Positions 61,282-64,000 of a stretch of 64,000 nt of DNA are shown here, piece by piece. Position 1 is the first letter of the stretch. Each line of letters starts with the position of its first letter. The notes beneath the pieces were generated by a model that had not been told where the DNA came from, ran no database searches, and saw only the letters and a list, made by a program, of their open reading frames with translations. The stretch is from Candidatus Falkowbacteria bacterium (GTDB lineage: Bacteria > Patescibacteriota > Patescibacteriia > Patescibacteriales > UBA12465), in assembly GCA_026396805.1 (NCBI GenBank), contig JAPLVZ010000016.1:8122-72121 (forward strand), read 5' to 3'. The position numbers and the translations under genes are program-made.

Positions 61282-62715
61282 CTATTTACGACTTATCCGA
61301 TAACCGTCTTTCGTGTCTTCCATCAGGTAACCGCTATCCTCAATCCTCTTCCTAAGATTGTCGGCCAACTCCCATTCCTTGGAGACACGGGCGGACTGGC
61401 GTCTCAAAACCAAATCTTTAATCGAATCGGGCAAAATGTTTAATTCTAACTCCGCGCCAGCTTTGACTCCGGCTTTCAGAAAATCCAGTCCTAAAACTTT
61501 ATCAAAATCCAAAATCGTCGCTCGTTTATCGGCCGCGGTCAGCTTAGCCTTAAAAACCGCGGCAATAATGGCCAGAGCTTGGGGCATATTTAAATCGTCA
61601 TTAACCGCCGCCCAGAATTCATTTTTAAGCGGCTGATTAACGGCACCGACGAAGGCCTTAACTTTTTCTCCCGCGTCAATCGCACCCAAAGATTTAAATT
61701 GATTATACAAACTCTTCAAACCGGCCTCGGCTTGGACTAAACTATTATCATTATATTCCATCGGTTTGCGATAATGGACTTGTAAGGCGGCAAAACGAAA
61801 AGCCAGCGGATCCAGGCCTTTATTAACCAAAGCGTTTTGTAAAGTCAGAAAATTATCCGCGCTCTTAGCCATTTTTTTTCCGCCGGTAATATTTAAGAAA
61901 GCGCTGTGCAGCCAATAATTGAAAAATTTCTTGCCGGTCGCGGCTTCCGACTGCGCGATCTCGTTCGTATGATGAATATTGATATGGTCGATGCCGCCGC
62001 AATGGATGTCCAGCTGACTGCCTAAAAATTTCAGACTCATCGCCGAACATTCAATATGCCAACCCGGAAATCCAACGCCCCAAGGCGACGCCCATTCCAT
62101 TTGACGTTTAGAATTAAGCGGTGAAAATTTCCATAAAGCGAAATCCGTCGGATTTTTCTTTTGGGCATTTTTTTCCACGCGCGCGCCTTCCTTTAATTCG
62201 CTTAAGGGCAAATGACTCAATTTATTATAATTCTTGACTTTGGAGGTATTAAAATATAGGCCATCGTCGGTTCGATAGGTGTAGCCCTTGGTTTCCAAGG
62301 TTTTAATCATTTTTATTTGCTCAGAAATATTATCCGTCGCCTTGCACCAGATGTCCGGCTCTAAAATATTCAAAGCGATTAAATCCTTCTTGAAAGCTTG
62401 GAGATAAAACTCGGCGATGTCCCAAGCGCTTTTCCCTTCCCGAGCCGCGCCTTTTTCCATTTTATCTTCTCCCATATCCATGTCCCCAATCAGGTGGCCG
62501 ACATCGGTGACATTCATGACGCGTTTCAACTTATAGCCGTTATATTTTAAAACGCGCACTAAAAAATCCTCAAACAGATAGGAGCGCAGATTGCCGATAT
62601 GGGCGAAATTATAAACCGTCGGTCCGCAGGTATAAAGACCGACTTGTCCGCGTTTAAGCGGCTTAAATTCTTCTTTCTTTTTCGTTAAGGTATTATAGAG
62701 GAATAATGGGGTCAT
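61282..62715 (-). CDS. cysS: cysteinyl-tRNA synthetase
   Basis: YTCGPTVYNFAHIGNLRSY and KMAKS. Confidence 0.96.
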   Translation of the reverse strand: MTPLFLYNTLTKKKEEFKPLKRGQVGLYTCGPTVYNFAHIGNLRSYLFEDFLVRVLKYNGYKLKRVMNVTDVGHLIGDMDMGEDKMEKGAAREGKSAWDIAEFYLQAFKKDLIALNILEPDIWCKATDNISEQIKMIKTLETKGYTYRTDDGLYFNTSKVKNYNKLSHLPLSELKEGARVEKNAQKKNPTDFALWKFSPLNSKRQMEWASPWGVGFPGWHIECSAMSLKFLGSQLDIHCGGIDHINIHHTNEIAQSEAATGKKFFNYWLHSAFLNITGGKKMAKSADNFLTLQNALVNKGLDPLAFRFAALQVHYRKPMEYNDNSLVQAEAGLKSLYNQFKSLGAIDAGEKVKAFVGAVNQPLKNEFWAAVNDDLNMPQALAIIAAVFKAKLTAADKRATILDFDKVLGLDFLKAGVKAGAELELNILPDSIKDLVLRRQSARVSKEWELADNLRKRIEDSGYLMEDTKDGYRISRK

Positions 62716-62721
62716 ATTATT

Positions 62722-63567
62722 TTAATTAGGCTGAATATGTGCTCGCATCTTTTTTAAAGACGGAGCAAAATTTTGTAAATTATCTTTCAATCCTGGATGT
62801 AAAGTTTTATCGGCGCCATATTTCTCGGCTTGCTCCAGTAAAGAATCAACCATTTTCGTATAAGTTGCCATTTCCGCCGCTGTTAAATCAGGACTATCCG
62901 TTGCCAAAGATGCCAAGAGACCGTTTAAATCCGGTTTACCGAGATTAAAATAAAAAATCGGGATGTGTTTTAATTCTTGGCGCTCCAGGAAACCGCGATT
63001 CATCGCCAAACCGTATCTTATTTCCGCGCCGCCGTTTTCCATCTTCTTGTCTATCTTAGTTTTTTTCTTTTCGCCGTCATCCTTAACCGAGCTGCCTAAA
63101 ATCGCGTCATCCAAACCGCAGATAACGGCCCCGGTGCGTTTATCAATGATTAGCTGATCGGCGCTGTTCTCATAGTCGTCATAAACGGAGGCGCGCATGA
63201 CGATAAACTCTCCGCGTAATATTTTATCAAACAATAAAGTCGCGGCGATTTCCGCGATATTAGCCGGATTCTTTTCCCGGTCGGCGGCCATGGTCGCAAG
63301 AGTTTTACCGCAATCGGCGGCCCAACCTTTTTCCTTGGCGGCGATCAGCGTTTGGTCAGAACTGGCATCCGCACCCGCCATCTTCACCTGACAATTATCT
63401 TCAAAAAAATCTCCATACTCGGCGTTAAGCCGGCCGGCTAAAGATTCCAACCGATTATTTAAGCCCGAAAGATATGTTTCCGGCGCCGGCGTTTTCGGTC
63501 CTTTTTCAAACCGGCTCAAATCAATTTTTCCTCCCGGTTTAATGCCCGGCAAATATTCAATTTCCAT
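62722..63567 (-). CDS. hypothetical soluble protein
   Basis: 281-aa ORF with ATG start and host-like composition. I recognise no motif. Confidence 0.6.
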   Translation of the reverse strand: MEIEYLPGIKPGGKIDLSRFEKGPKTPAPETYLSGLNNRLESLAGRLNAEYGDFFEDNCQVKMAGADASSDQTLIAAKEKGWAADCGKTLATMAADREKNPANIAEIAATLLFDKILRGEFIVMRASVYDDYENSADQLIIDKRTGAVICGLDDAILGSSVKDDGEKKKTKIDKKMENGGAEIRYGLAMNRGFLERQELKHIPIFYFNLGKPDLNGLLASLATDSPDLTAAEMATYTKMVDSLLEQAEKYGADKTLHPGLKDNLQNFAPSLKKMRAHIQPN

Positions 63568-63616
63568 AGTTTTTTATTGTTACCACCCTAATTTTAATTA
63601 TTGTTCCAATCTTTAA

Positions 63617-63793
63617 TTACTGCTCCAATTCATGAAATCGATTCTTATACTTCGGCTCTTTCCGTTTCTTACTCAGATGGATTTTTCCTTTAAGAGGATC
63701 GGTCTTACTCGCCTCCCAAGCGGAACGGCCGAAAGCGCGAACAGTCGCCTTATTCAAATCGGCCGGTTTTATTTTCATAACCTGCTTTTTCAT
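63617..63793 (-). CDS. possible small basic protein (58 aa), below the ORF-track cutoff
   Basis: Manual translation gives MKKQVMKIKPADLNKATVRAFGRSAWEASKTDPLKGKIHLSKKRKEPKYKNRFHELEQ*. An extended -10 element lies about 60 nt upstream. Confidence 0.4.
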   Translation of the reverse strand: MKKQVMKIKPADLNKATVRAFGRSAWEASKTDPLKGKIHLSKKRKEPKYKNRFHELEQ

Positions 63794-63852
63794 GGGTTTT
63801 AACCGTGATAATTAAGATTCTAGCCTTTGTTTCATGGCCTATTTACCTAAGT

Positions 63853-63861
63853 ATATTAGCA
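63853..63861 (-). promoter_or_regulatory. extended -10 element TGCTAATAT upstream of the small ORF
   Basis: It shares an 18-nt identical core (TAGCATATTTTTAAGAAA on the plus strand) with the gap promoter region. Confidence 0.45.
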
Positions 63862-63870
63862 TATTTTTAA

Positions 63871-63899
63871 GAAAAAAGCACTTAAAAAGTGCTTCTTTT
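63871..63899. terminator. bidirectional terminator hairpin
   Basis: GAAAAA-AAGCAC-TTAAAAA-GTGCTT-CTTTT. Confidence 0.7.
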
Positions 63900-63910
63900 G
63901 GGGACGCGCC

Positions 63911-63934
63911 GGTGGTCGCTAGTGGATTCGAACC
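63911..63934 (-). other. orphan tRNA 3'-end fragment (T-loop, T-stem 3' arm, acceptor 3' strand, ACC) with no matching 5' half
   Basis: The minus strand reads GGTTCGAATCC-ACT-AGCGACC-ACC with canonical tRNA spacing. The required AGTGG (T-stem 5' arm) and GGTCGCT (acceptor 5' strand) are absent from the 66 nt upstream. Confidence 0.45.
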
Positions 63935-64000
63935 TTTCTTTGTTTGTGGTGTTTATTGAAAAAAGTCAGAACTCATTTTAAATGAAATCCCGACTGATTG

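Noticed and set aside
63617-63793. Resemblance of the 58-aa ORF (..DPL.....KKRKEPKYK..) to ArfA-type ribosome rescue factors
   Set aside because: The similarity is limited to a DPL tripeptide and a basic stretch. ArfA is known from beta- and gammaproteobacteria. This is not supportable without a profile search.
63900-64000. Plus-strand tmRNA 5' end (GGGGACG ... GGATTCGAA)
   Set aside because: GGGGACG and GGAUUCGA do resemble the tmRNA 5' end. However, they are separated by 17 nt rather than the usual ~5. The gene would start immediately after a terminator. In the opposite orientation the same bases give a perfect T-loop, acceptor and ACC at canonical spacing followed by a terminator. A minus-strand tmRNA is also unlikely, because position 70 of the acceptor would be A, which rules out the G3.U70 alanine identity pair. 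This remains unresolved without the flanking sequence.
1-64000. Alternative genetic code (UGA=Gly, as in some candidate phyla)
   Set aside because: Standard-code ORFs recover full-length conserved proteins with no internal TGA. TGA also terminates the conserved hydA (20030-20032) and cvpA (507-509) genes at the expected C-termini.

Overview
The window is 64 kb of a compact bacterial chromosome with about 60 protein genes, standard genetic code (TGA ends the conserved hydA and cvpA genes). Nearly all genes from 14.5 kb onward lie on the minus strand with tiny or overlapping spacers. The gene mix is most consistent with a Patescibacteria/CPR-type organism: a CpI-type [FeFe] hydrogenase with a NuoF-like partner, lower glycolysis only, a half-size TsaB, a short pyruvate kinase, DUF4012, a sigma-region-4 + HARE-HTH protein, and recurring secreted-repeat modules. 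That taxonomic call is an inference I cannot verify here.

**Recognisable content**
- Translation and tRNA: tsaC (partial), metG, rsmI, secE-nusG-rplK-rplA, tsf-rpsB, cca, tgt, rlmN, dus, cysS, tsaB.
- Fe-S assembly: nifU/nifS.
- Hydrogenase operon.
- Glycolysis: gap, eno, pyk.
- An AmmeMemoRadiSam trio, with Memo and AMMECR1 fused.
- SOD.
- An envelope and glycosylation cluster: DUF4012, GT1, GT2, rfbA/rfbD-like.
- A partial dcw cluster: mraZ-rsmH-ftsL-ftsI-murF.

I found no rRNA, no complete tRNA, no CRISPR array and no integrase or transposase.

**Main hunt results**
1. A 6.4-kb AT-rich cassette runs from its own promoter to its own terminator and is bracketed by a perfect 16-bp direct repeat. 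It carries a secreted nuclease, a DUF350 protein and a roughly 1,690-aa S8 protease/adhesin.
2. The hydrogenase operon has interleaved membrane genes. One is split by a 1-nt frameshift in an A6/T6 run. A TTATCT[C/A] motif array sits upstream.
3. nifU and nifS are separated by an opposite-strand pair of paralogous small membrane-protein genes.
4. The Tgt homologue lacks all four canonical zinc ligands.
5. An orphan tRNA 3'-end fragment plus terminator sits at the right edge, which may be an attachment-site remnant.
6. An uncharacterised ~57-aa repeat module is shared by two secreted proteins.
7. Several perfect short tandem duplications and structured leaders occur in intergenic regions.

All coordinates and motifs were read by hand. 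Family assignments rest on remembered motifs, not on searches.
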